A stretch of DNA of 58,897 nucleotides from a virus. Its lineage: Duplodnaviria; Caudoviricetes. The position numbers were made by a program, and so were the translations under genes. Location of the stretch: the IMG/VR virus record IMGVR_UViG_3300042914_000556, positions 1-58,897 of that record; one strand, 5' to 3'. The notes under the pieces are model-generated. The model was not told the origin of the DNA and ran no database searches. It saw only the letters and a list, made by a program, of their open reading frames with translations. Positions within the stretch are counted from its first letter, which is position 1. The number at the start of each line of letters is the position of its first letter. This document shows, one piece after another, positions 9,150-17,222 of this stretch.

Positions 9150-9181
9150 TCCCATGGGATTAACTTATTTACGGAGAAATC

Positions 9182-9415
9182 ATGAGACTTGTAGCCGTTG
9201 CCAATTTACTCAAACAAAGCAAGAGTGTGCTTACTAAAATCTTTGCCAACCCGTCGGCGTACGTTCTTGCTGAGCAAGAGTTGTACGACGCACGACGATA
9301 CCTGCTGATGAACCAGTCCGCTGCGGATTATCACCTGCAGATGACTGTGTTCTACCAGAACTCGATTGATCGACTAGAGAAGTATCTAGAAAAACAGAGA
9401 GGAACCAAGCTGTGA
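9182..9415 (+). CDS. Hypothetical protein
   Basis: 77 aa, GGAG RBS. Confidence 0.7.
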   Translation: MRLVAVANLLKQSKSVLTKIFANPSAYVLAEQELYDARRYLLMNQSAADYHLQMTVFYQNSIDRLEKYLEKQRGTKL

Positions 9416-9621
9416 ACGTCAAAGATGAAGCAAACAAGATGGCAGATCGTCTACGTGAGTACCCACGTGGCGAAGAAGACTTAGACACTGCTACGATGCT
9501 AATCAAACTTGCTGATGTGTACACGGTGGCACGTGAGCTTGCTTACGCTAAGTCGCATGAGCACAGGAACGCTACGTATCAAGCGTTGGTTGACTTAATA
9601 AAAGGCAAACCTGTAGACTGA
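9412..9621 (+). CDS. Hypothetical protein
   Basis: GTGA overlap, 69 aa. Confidence 0.7.
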   Translation: MNVKDEANKMADRLREYPRGEEDLDTATMLIKLADVYTVARELAYAKSHEHRNATYQALVDLIKGKPVD

Positions 9622-9728
9622 TGGAACTCTATAACTTGATTACTTTCGCTGGTGGTGTGTTGGTTGGTATAGGTGTGACATTGTTGATCACCTGTGCCGC
9701 CTTCGCCTACTGGATATTGAGGGATTAA
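9621..9728 (+). CDS. Small membrane peptide (35 aa)
   Basis: Translated by hand: MELYNLITFAGGVLVGIGVTLLITCAAFAYWILRD; TGATG coupling. Confidence 0.6.
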   Translation: MELYNLITFAGGVLVGIGVTLLITCAAFAYWILRD

Positions 9729-9730
9729 CT

Positions 9731-9946
9731 ATGAACTTACTTGACGCGATCATTAAAGAATTCGAATTAAAGAACGACGCATACCTCGCGAAGAAGTTGG
9801 GGGTTATGCCGTCACGCATTAGCAAGATGCGGCACGGGAGACTGAGCGTTACTGACTCATTCATATTGGTGGTGTACGACAAGACCGGCTGGTCGATTGA
9901 ACGCATCCGTGAAGAGATCAAGAAAGGGGAGGAGTCACTGCTATGA
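9731..9946 (+). CDS. Cro/XRE-like HTH DNA-binding protein
   Basis: DAYLAKKLGVMPSRISKMRHG fits an HTH pattern. Confidence 0.8.
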   Translation: MNLLDAIIKEFELKNDAYLAKKLGVMPSRISKMRHGRLSVTDSFILVVYDKTGWSIERIREEIKKGEESLL

Positions 9947-10122
9947 ACGATACTAAATTCTGCACGAGCTGCCAGACAACCCAGCCACTTGCTACGGGCG
10001 AGTTCAAACAAACCAAGAGCATCCGTCGCTGGATATGCAGGGGTTGTCTAGACCACAAGTACGAGAGCATCTACAAAAACAGGAACCCACGCCCTGCGCA
10101 TGCACCGAGAGGTTCGTTATGA
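9943..10122 (+). CDS. Small zinc-finger protein (59 aa)
   Basis: Translated by hand; CTSC...CRGC; ATGA coupling at both ends; GGAGG RBS. Confidence 0.65.
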   Translation: MNDTKFCTSCQTTQPLATGEFKQTKSIRRWICRGCLDHKYESIYKNRNPRPAHAPRGSL

Positions 10123-10328
10123 CTAGAGATGACATTATCCGTATGGCGCAGCAAACCGGCTGGGACTTTGGCTGGGAAATGACGGTCGAGCAGGTTTGCG
10201 AGTTTGCCAACCTAGTCGCAGCAGCGGAGCGCGAGGCGTGTGCTGAGGTATGCGAACTGATGTATGACTATGGGTGGTTAGATGCAAAAAGGTGTGCAAG
10301 GGAAATCCGCGCAAGGGGAGAGGTATGA
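10119..10328 (+). CDS. Hypothetical phage protein (EREACA motif family)
   Basis: MTRDDIIRMA...AAAEREACAEVC. Confidence 0.75.
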   Translation: MTRDDIIRMAQQTGWDFGWEMTVEQVCEFANLVAAAEREACAEVCELMYDYGWLDAKRCAREIRARGEV

Positions 10329-10423
10329 ATTACCCGTTAGGTATGGTGCTGTTTGTAATCGGACTTGCTTGCTGGTCTTTCTTTATGGGGTTTTTGTACG
10401 GGATAAATTATGACAGAGGATAA
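10325..10423 (+). CDS. Small membrane peptide (32 aa)
   Basis: Translated by hand: MNYPLGMVLFVIGLACWSFFMGFLYGINYDRG; ATGA overlap. Confidence 0.5.
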   Translation: MNYPLGMVLFVIGLACWSFFMGFLYGINYDRG

Positions 10424-10751
10424 CGCAGAAGTAATGCCAAATATAGATTACATATATTCGGCGGTGATAGCGGACAGTGAGGCACTAGAAGAGGCAAAGA
10501 TGACGTTAGAAGTCATTAAGAAAACTGATCCGGGTGTCTACGATGAAATGATTAACGACACGCTTTCACTAATTCGCAAAGCACTGAGCAGTTCTATCCT
10601 TAGTGTTGTCGATAGAATGGTCAAAGTAGAAGTAGAAATGGAGCGCGAGGCGTGTGCTGCGTTGTGCGACAAGATATCTGATGAGGATGGGTTCGAAGGC
10701 GGCTACGCAAACCGTTGCGCGTTCGCTATCCGCGAGAGAGGTGCGCCATGA
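10410..10751 (+). CDS. Hypothetical phage protein (EREACA motif)
   Basis: MEREACAALC...IRERG; start uncertain. Confidence 0.7.
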   Translation: MTEDNAEVMPNIDYIYSAVIADSEALEEAKMTLEVIKKTDPGVYDEMINDTLSLIRKALSSSILSVVDRMVKVEVEMEREACAALCDKISDEDGFEGGYANRCAFAIRERGAP

Positions 10752-11227
10752 CTGACCGAGAACTAATGCAGCAAGCGTTGGATGCGCTGGTAGAAATACA
10801 TCCGGGCAACATGACACCAATGGCAGAAGAATCGTGGAACAAAGCAATCGAAGCACTCCGCGCCCGACTAGCGCAGCCGTTACCTGAAAAATCCAAAGGC
10901 GCGTTAAGTCATGAAGAAAACAAGAGGCACAACAAAAAGATTCTGGACAAGTTCTATGAGGAGAACGCGCATCTTTATAAAGCGCAGCCAGAGCAAGAGC
11001 CGGTGGCGTGGATTTATTCTCACAAAGGTCAAAAAATCGTATCAATGAATTATGTTGCTGGTGTTCGTGCTATCCCGCTCTATACCGCCCCACCACAGCG
11101 CGAATGGAAAGGGCTGACGGATGAGGAAATGCGGTGTTTTGTTGATGATTTCTTGTCACCAGAAAAAAGCGCCCGTGAGGTGTTTAACGCCATCGAAGCC
11201 AAGCTGAAGGAGAAGAACAGTGGCTAA
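10748..11227 (+). CDS. Hypothetical phage protein
   Basis: MTDRELMQQALDAL...EPVAW...PLYTAPP...GLTDEE...AIEAKLKEKN. Confidence 0.75.
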   Translation: MTDRELMQQALDALVEIHPGNMTPMAEESWNKAIEALRARLAQPLPEKSKGALSHEENKRHNKKILDKFYEENAHLYKAQPEQEPVAWIYSHKGQKIVSMNYVAGVRAIPLYTAPPQREWKGLTDEEMRCFVDDFLSPEKSAREVFNAIEAKLKEKNSG

Positions 11228-11429
11228 ATTACCTTACACAATTACCATCTGCCCAGACGAGCCGAACCCTAAACAGTTCACGGCATTGACCCCCGCTATT
11301 GTTCGAGCCTTACGTTACACAAATGACTTAACGATAGACCAAAGACAGCACGTTTATCCGACAGCGCCACAAGCGATAACGCAGATTAACTGCCATAAAG
11401 ATAAACCGCAAGGAGAGAACAATGACTGA
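11220..11429 (+). CDS. Hypothetical protein
   Basis: 69 aa, GTG start, GGAG RBS. Confidence 0.65.
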   Translation: MAKLPYTITICPDEPNPKQFTALTPAIVRALRYTNDLTIDQRQHVYPTAPQAITQINCHKDKPQGENND

Positions 11430-11685
11430 CCGAGAGCTAATGAAAATGGCGAACCGTATTGAGGCACTGGCATTTGAAATGAAAGCGCCAAACGCCCACA
11501 CACCACAATTTGTCATGCTTGCAAATGAAATCCGCGCTCGCGCTCGACTAGCGCAGCCTGAACGCGAATGGCAAGGGCTGACGGATGAGGAGATGCACGA
11601 ATGTGCAGGTGAATATCCTTGGACACCAACAGGATTGAAGTGTTGCAGAGCCATCGAAGCCAAGCTGAAGGAGAAGAACACATGA
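11422..11685 (+). CDS. Hypothetical protein, paralog of 10748-11227
   Basis: Shares the MTDRELM, WxGLTDEEM and AIEAKLKEKN blocks. Confidence 0.75.
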   Translation: MTDRELMKMANRIEALAFEMKAPNAHTPQFVMLANEIRARARLAQPEREWQGLTDEEMHECAGEYPWTPTGLKCCRAIEAKLKEKNT

Positions 11686-11798
11686 GTGACCAGCAGATGT
11701 ACGTATTGGCAGGGTTAACGTGTTTAGTGCCGCATTTCCATCCTCGTGTGTCTTTGGTCCTCGGCGTGATGTTTTTATGTTTGGGGTTAATTGTATGA
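11682..11798 (+). CDS. Small hydrophobic peptide (38 aa)
   Basis: Translated by hand; ATGA overlaps at both ends. Confidence 0.55.
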   Translation: MSDQQMYVLAGLTCLVPHFHPRVSLVLGVMFLCLGLIV

Positions 11799-12016
11799 GA
11801 TGCCCAGTGTGTAATTCCAGATCGACAGTCTTGGACACGCGCCAATTAAAATCTTACGTTCGAAGACGACACACTTGCGACAGTTGCCAAGCTAGATTTA
11901 CGACGCATGAGAAGGTTGTTGATACAGGCCCTCTCAGAGCAGGGCGACGTACACCGGAGCACATGGCAGAGATGAGAGAGAAATCGAACAGATGGGGAAG
12001 AGATGAACTGTCCTGA
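11795..12016 (+). CDS. NrdR-like N-terminal zinc-ribbon protein
   Basis: MRCPVC...VLDTR...VRRRHTCDSCQARFTTHE matches the NrdR Zn ribbon; no ATP cone. Confidence 0.8.
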   Translation: MRCPVCNSRSTVLDTRQLKSYVRRRHTCDSCQARFTTHEKVVDTGPLRAGRRTPEHMAEMREKSNRWGRDELS

Positions 12017-12185
12017 GTGCGAGAGCAGCAAACTAAACATATACGATTCTCGGCATATTGGTAACCATGTAGTACGCAAGAGGAAGTGCTTAGCTTGCGA
12101 CGAGCGGTTCTACACCATCGAGAGTTACATGTCAGAGGAACAACTGGCGGAAGTCGAAGCGATAAGACTAGGACTATTAGAATGA
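12003..12185 (+). CDS. Second NrdR-like zinc-ribbon protein
   Basis: MNCPEC...YDSR...VVRKRKCLACDERFYTIE. Confidence 0.8.
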   Translation: MNCPECESSKLNIYDSRHIGNHVVRKRKCLACDERFYTIESYMSEEQLAEVEAIRLGLLE

Positions 12186-14026
12186 ATATATACACAGTTG
12201 ACTTCGAGACGTACTATGACAAGGACTACTCCCTGTCGAAGATACAGACTGACGCGTACATCAAAGACCCACGATTCGAAGTCGTGGGTGTATGCGTTAA
12301 ATTAAATGACGAGAAACCTGTGTGGTTCTCAGGCACGTTCGACGAGACGCACGATTGGCTATGGGGTAACTTCGACTGGGCGAACTCCGCCGTGCGGTGT
12401 CACAACACCATGTTCGATGGGTTCATCATGACGCATCGATTCGGTATCAGACCGAAGCTGTGGATGGACACACTCGCGCAAGCCCGCATGCTGTACCCAT
12501 ACCTGCCATCGCATAGCCTTGCGTCGATGGCGAAATACTTTGGTCTTACCGACAAAGGCACTGCGGTGACGAACGCACTAGGCATACGCCGCGAAGCGTT
12601 TAGCCCGTACGGGCTGGAGCAATACGCAGAGTACTGCAAGCACGACACCAACTTGTGTGCAGAGATGGGCAGCAAGATGGATGAGTTCACCCCTGCGCTG
12701 GAGACACGCCTGATCGATATGACGGTGCGTATGTTCACTGAGCCGATGCTGGTGGGTGACATAGCCAAGATGAAGGAACTCCACCAGAACGAGGTAGACC
12801 GCAAGACAACCTTGCTGAACACCGCGATGGTCGAGCGGGCAGAGATCATGTCCAACGACAAGTTCGCCGCGCGCTTGGAGTCGTACGGGGTATCGCCACC
12901 CATGAAGGAGAGCAAGGCAACAGGCAAGCAAACCTTCGCGTTCGCCAAGTCAGACAAAGAGTTTACTGACCTACTTAACCATGACATACCCGAGGTACAG
13001 GCGCTGGTGGCTGCACGGCTGGGGGTCAAGACAACGATTGCCGAGACACGTGCGCTGAAGTTTGTCGAGATGGCAGAGCGTGGAGCCTTGCCGGTGTACT
13101 TGAACTTCTGGGGCGCGAAGACCACAGGGCGGTACTCAGGCGGCAACCAAGTGAACTGGCAGAACTTACCCGCGCGGGGTATCTCTGCGGGGCTGCGTGA
13201 CGCATTGCTTGCGCCCGAGGGGCACACGGTACTGGTGGGTGACTCATCCAACATCGAGCTACGCATGGTCATGGCGCTAGCAGGACAGTGGGATGTGGTG
13301 CAGAAGTTGGCCGATGGCGTTGATCTGTATTGCGATTTCGCAAGTAAGTTGTTCGGCAGAACAATCACCAAAGCAGATAAGGCTGAACGGTTTCTTGGCA
13401 AAACCGCGATGCTCGGGTTACAGTACGGAGCGGGAGCCCCGCGCTTTCAGGAGATGGTCCGCCTTGCTTCTCGGCAAGACCCGAGTGTGCAAGAGATCGA
13501 CATCAACCGTGCCTACGCCATCGTTGACTTATACAGGCAGGTTCACCCAGAGGTGGTGCAGTTGTGGGAGAGATGTCAGAACGCCATCTTGCCGGACATT
13601 GCGAACGGGTGTAGTCTTCTTAACGTCGATGTGAACGGTTGGTTCATCACACAGAAGAGCGGCTTCGGTCGCCCGGGTGAGCCGGGGGTGGTGTACCATG
13701 ACTTGCAGTACAACCCACGTTCGAAGGAATGGACGTACCTGATGGGTCGCCAGCGGGTGCGCATCTACGGACCGAAGGTTGTAGAAAATTTATCGCAGCA
13801 TGCTGCAATGCGCGTCGTTATGTGGCAGACTGCACGTATCAACGAGAAGTACCCAGTCAAGTTGTCGGTTCATGATGAAGCAGTGACGGTCCCCAAGACC
13901 GAAGAAATTACTCAAGCACGTGCGTACATGGAAGAGTGCCTATCGCTAGCGCCCAAGTGGTGCCGTGATAAGTTACCGTTAGCTTGTGAGACTGGGATAG
14001 GGAATAGTTATGGCGATGCTAAATAA
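12182..14026 (+). CDS. DNA polymerase family A with 3'-5' exonuclease
   Basis: DFET exo I, HNTMFD exo II, TTGRYS, motif A DSSNIELR, motif B KTAMLGLQYG, motif C VHDE. Confidence 0.95.
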   Translation: MNIYTVDFETYYDKDYSLSKIQTDAYIKDPRFEVVGVCVKLNDEKPVWFSGTFDETHDWLWGNFDWANSAVRCHNTMFDGFIMTHRFGIRPKLWMDTLAQARMLYPYLPSHSLASMAKYFGLTDKGTAVTNALGIRREAFSPYGLEQYAEYCKHDTNLCAEMGSKMDEFTPALETRLIDMTVRMFTEPMLVGDIAKMKELHQNEVDRKTTLLNTAMVERAEIMSNDKFAARLESYGVSPPMKESKATGKQTFAFAKSDKEFTDLLNHDIPEVQALVAARLGVKTTIAETRALKFVEMAERGALPVYLNFWGAKTTGRYSGGNQVNWQNLPARGISAGLRDALLAPEGHTVLVGDSSNIELRMVMALAGQWDVVQKLADGVDLYCDFASKLFGRTITKADKAERFLGKTAMLGLQYGAGAPRFQEMVRLASRQDPSVQEIDINRAYAIVDLYRQVHPEVVQLWERCQNAILPDIANGCSLLNVDVNGWFITQKSGFGRPGEPGVVYHDLQYNPRSKEWTYLMGRQRVRIYGPKVVENLSQHAAMRVVMWQTARINEKYPVKLSVHDEAVTVPKTEEITQARAYMEECLSLAPKWCRDKLPLACETGIGNSYGDAK

Positions 14027-14038
14027 CATGGAGATGTA

Positions 14039-14731
14039 ATGACCAAAGTAATGCCCTTGTCTTTCAGTAGGTTGTCTACGTTCGAGCAATGCCCTGCGCA
14101 GTTCGATTATCTGTACGTATCTAAACGTGTGGTTAACCAAAGCAACGAGCATTCAGACTACGGTGATCGAGTGCACAAGGTACTCGAAGCCAAAGGCAAG
14201 GGAGAGTTAGACGAGACAGCGCTATCCGCAGAAGGGCAGCAAACGATTGAGCGGTGGGGTGCGCTGGTTGACAAAGTTATTTCCAGATCGGGAGATAAAT
14301 ACTTTGAACACCAAATGGCAGTTAACCGAAATCTTGAGCCAGTCGAATGGTTCGCGCCCGATGTATGGATTCGTTCTATTGCCGATGTGTTGGTTGTTGA
14401 TGGCGCAACGGCGTATTGCCTTGACTATAAGACGGGTAAGGTTAAGGAGAATCCGACGCAGCTACAACTATTTGCGGCAATGGTGTTCTGGCATTTCCCG
14501 GATGTACAGACGGTCAAAACGTCATTCATCTGGTTGAAGTTTGACGAAGTGACTAACTCAAAGTACGAACGTAGGTTTCTTGGCGCACTGTGGAGCGCAC
14601 TGGAGCCTCGCTTTGACAAAGTGCAGGAAGTGATTAACCTCGGTGTGTTCGAGACAAAACCATCAGGGCTATGTCCTTGGTGCGCAGCTAAAGAAATTTG
14701 TCCTGACGCGAGACTGAAAGGGAGACGATGA
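14039..14731 (+). CDS. Cas4-like PD-(D/E)XK exonuclease
   Basis: SFSRLSTFEQCP, GDRVH, AD...DYKTGK, QLQLF, CPWC...C. Confidence 0.85.
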   Translation: MTKVMPLSFSRLSTFEQCPAQFDYLYVSKRVVNQSNEHSDYGDRVHKVLEAKGKGELDETALSAEGQQTIERWGALVDKVISRSGDKYFEHQMAVNRNLEPVEWFAPDVWIRSIADVLVVDGATAYCLDYKTGKVKENPTQLQLFAAMVFWHFPDVQTVKTSFIWLKFDEVTNSKYERRFLGALWSALEPRFDKVQEVINLGVFETKPSGLCPWCAAKEICPDARLKGRR

Positions 14732-15030
14732 AGAATGAAGGCGATGTGAAGAAGTTTGTAAGGGCGGTACTGAAAGATACACAGAAGTGCTACTGGTTTA
14801 TGCCCCCCGCTAACGGGTTCGGGCGCGCAGGAATCCCAGACTTTGTTGGCTGGGTGAACGGCAATGCGTTCGCTATCGAGACTAAGTTCGGTAGGGGCGA
14901 GTGCACCGCCAATCAGTTACGTGAGATTGAAGCTGGCACACAAGCCGGTGCAAAAGTGTGGATTGTTCGAGAGACTTCTGCGGAAGCGTGGAAGTCAGAA
15001 TTTTTAGGCTGGGTAGCAATATGCTCGTAA
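14728..15030 (+). CDS. VRR-NUC endonuclease
   Basis: E...GIPDF...IETK...TANQ. Confidence 0.85.
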   Translation: MKNEGDVKKFVRAVLKDTQKCYWFMPPANGFGRAGIPDFVGWVNGNAFAIETKFGRGECTANQLREIEAGTQAGAKVWIVRETSAEAWKSEFLGWVAICS

Positions 15031-16571
15031 TACCTGACAAACGTAAGATCATTATCAACAGCAATGAAAACAATGCGATCACGCAGTGCATTCCTCACGC
15101 AAAAACTTTTCACCATAACGGCGACGAGTTGCTTGCTATGCCTTATGGCGTGGACGAGTCTATGGTTCTTAGGAATCTTGGCTTTAGTGTTCCTCCACCT
15201 ATTTCTCAGTACTACAGCTACCCGGGCAGGTTTTCGCCCATGGATCACCAGAAGGAGACAGCAGCTTTTCTTACCACGCACAAACGGGCGCTGTGTCTAA
15301 ACGCCCCGGGCACTGGCAAGTCCATCAGTGCGTTGTGGGCTGCGGACTTCTTACTCGAAGAGCGGGCAGCGAAGAAGGTATTGATCGTCGCGCCGTTGTC
15401 CACGCTACAGGTGGTGTGGGGCAGAGAGATCATGTACAACTTCCCGCATCGCAGCTTCGTGATCTGCGTGGGTGGTAAGGAGAAACGACAGAAGCTGCTG
15501 TCGCAGACGGGTGTGCAGTATGTGATCATCAACCATGATGGGTTCACCAACATGCACTCGGACTTGAACGACTTCGACGTGGTGATCTACGACGAGGCGA
15601 CTGCGCTTAAGTCACCAAGTTCCCAGCGGTATAAGATATTTGCTAAGTGGATGCAGAAGCACCAGCCTTGGCTGTGGATGCTGACCGGTACGCCCATCTC
15701 GCAGACACCAGCAGACGCATGGACACTGGCACGACTGATCGACTCGCCCAACGTACCGAAGAGCTACACCACGTTCAAAGACTTGGTGATGAAGAAGGTG
15801 TCTACGTTCCGCTGGGTGCCGAGAGAGGACGCGCTTGAGACATGCAAGAAAGTCTTACAGCCGTCGATCAGGTATTCACTGGACGAGTGCAAAGACTTGC
15901 CAGAGACAAACTTCATAGGCAGAAAGACAACGCTAACAAAACAGCAAGAGAAAGCGTTTAAAGAAATGAAAGACAAAGCCGTGACGGTGTTTGCGGCAGG
16001 TGAGGTAGCTGCGCCCAACGCTGCGGTTATGTTGAGTAAGCTGCTGCAGATTAGCTGCGGCGTTGTGTATGGTGACACCGGCCCGATTGCCATCGACGCG
16101 GCAGAGCGGTATAATACGCTTACTGAATTACTTGATGAGATCGGCGACAAGGCGATCATCTTCGTACCACTGAAGGGTGTCCAGTTGTGGTTGCGAGATA
16201 AACTTGTTGCTGATGGTTACGATGTAGCTATGGTTAACGGTGACACAAGCAAGTCAGATCGCAATCAGATATTCAACGACTTTCAACACACAGATAAACC
16301 CAAGATATTACTGGCACATCCGAAGGTAGCAGCACACGGTCTTACACTTACTAGAGCAAGAGATATTATTTGGTTCGCACCAATCTATTCACTCGAGCAA
16401 TACGAACAGGCAAACGCACGTATTCGCCGGATCACTACGACCGGCAAAACAACTGTGTGGCACATCTACGCCACCAGCTTCGAGGCAGAGCTGTACCGCC
16501 GACTGCGCGCGAAGCAAAACACTTTGGCGGAATTTTTGACGCTGGTTCGTGGCGTCAACAGTGACGATTAA
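15021..16571 (+). CDS. SNF2-family helicase
   Basis: PGTGKS, DEAT, LTGTP, AHGLTL, QANARIRR. Confidence 0.9.
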   Translation: MLVIPDKRKIIINSNENNAITQCIPHAKTFHHNGDELLAMPYGVDESMVLRNLGFSVPPPISQYYSYPGRFSPMDHQKETAAFLTTHKRALCLNAPGTGKSISALWAADFLLEERAAKKVLIVAPLSTLQVVWGREIMYNFPHRSFVICVGGKEKRQKLLSQTGVQYVIINHDGFTNMHSDLNDFDVVIYDEATALKSPSSQRYKIFAKWMQKHQPWLWMLTGTPISQTPADAWTLARLIDSPNVPKSYTTFKDLVMKKVSTFRWVPREDALETCKKVLQPSIRYSLDECKDLPETNFIGRKTTLTKQQEKAFKEMKDKAVTVFAAGEVAAPNAAVMLSKLLQISCGVVYGDTGPIAIDAAERYNTLTELLDEIGDKAIIFVPLKGVQLWLRDKLVADGYDVAMVNGDTSKSDRNQIFNDFQHTDKPKILLAHPKVAAHGLTLTRARDIIWFAPIYSLEQYEQANARIRRITTTGKTTVWHIYATSFEAELYRRLRAKQNTLAEFLTLVRGVNSDD

Positions 16572-16587
16572 ATAGTTAGGAGGTAGT

Positions 16588-16980
16588 ATGAATTACGAAC
16601 TCGCTGCAGAGCGGTATCTGCATGTGCGCGCGGAGATCGAAGCACTTGATCGAGCACACAAAGCAGACCGCGCTAAGTTGTCTTTAAAACTTCAGGCGCT
16701 GGAGAGTTGGTTTACAGCCAAGGCGCAGGAAGATGGACTAGACACGGTGAAAACTCCGTTGGGTACGGGGTACTGGTCAACGCACCACACGGCCACCGTT
16801 GCGTCCCGCGAAGCCTTCTTTAGCTACTGCAAAGCAAACGATACATGGGATATGGTCGAGGCCCGTGCATCGAAGTCTGGTGTGAAGAGCTACGTGCAAG
16901 AACACGGAACTCCTCCTCCGGGCGTTGATTTCTCGTCCACACGTGTGTTTAATTTTCGCAAATCTCAAAACAAGGAGTAA
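16588..16980 (+). CDS. Conserved phage replication-module protein (Gp157/Gam-like, tentative)
   Basis: N-terminal coiled coil, C-terminal PPGV motif, AGGAGG RBS. Confidence 0.55.
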   Translation: MNYELAAERYLHVRAEIEALDRAHKADRAKLSLKLQALESWFTAKAQEDGLDTVKTPLGTGYWSTHHTATVASREAFFSYCKANDTWDMVEARASKSGVKSYVQEHGTPPPGVDFSSTRVFNFRKSQNKE

Positions 16981-16984
16981 ATAA

Positions 16985-17212
16985 ATGGACAACCAACAGC
17001 CAAAAATACATGGGTACAGAGAGCTAAACGAAAAAGAAATAGCTGCGATTAACGACATAAAACATGCAGCGGAGCAGATAGAGATTCTAATTGAGTCGCT
17101 TGTAGCCAGACCTATAAACACTGACGCTAGGTGGCTAGCAATAGGCAAGACTGAATTGCAGCAAGGATTCATGGCGCTCACCCGTGCTGTAGCCCAACCA
17201 ACAACTTTTTAA
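16985..17212 (+). CDS. acb2: Anti-CBASS sponge protein Acb2 (T4 Vs.4 family)
   Basis: MDNQQPKIHGYREL...K...RWLAIGKTELQQGFMALTRAVAQP closely matches the Acb2 signature as I recall it. Confidence 0.9.
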   Translation: MDNQQPKIHGYRELNEKEIAAINDIKHAAEQIEILIESLVARPINTDARWLAIGKTELQQGFMALTRAVAQPTTF

Positions 17213-17222
17213 GGAGTGACTC

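Larger units (their letters stand above)
783..9162. repeat. Dispersed 16-bp palindrome TAATCCCRYGGGATTA, 10 copies (783, 1682, 2328, 2426, 2892, 4116, 4888, 6051, 7645, 9147)
   Basis: 7 copies TAATCCCATGGGATTA, 2 with a CACG core, 1 with a CGTG core; arms invariant. Confidence 0.95.

Noticed and set aside
783-9162. Palindromic repeats as a CRISPR array, given the Cas4-like gene
   Set aside because: Repeats are 16 bp and separated by about 80-1600 bp, often containing whole genes; solo Cas4-like nucleases are common in phage replication modules
12400-13401. 333-aa antisense ORF within polA, and similar shadow ORFs in the collagen, glycine-rich and ejection genes
   Set aside because: They mirror the codon structure of real genes, with no RBS or protein-like motifs
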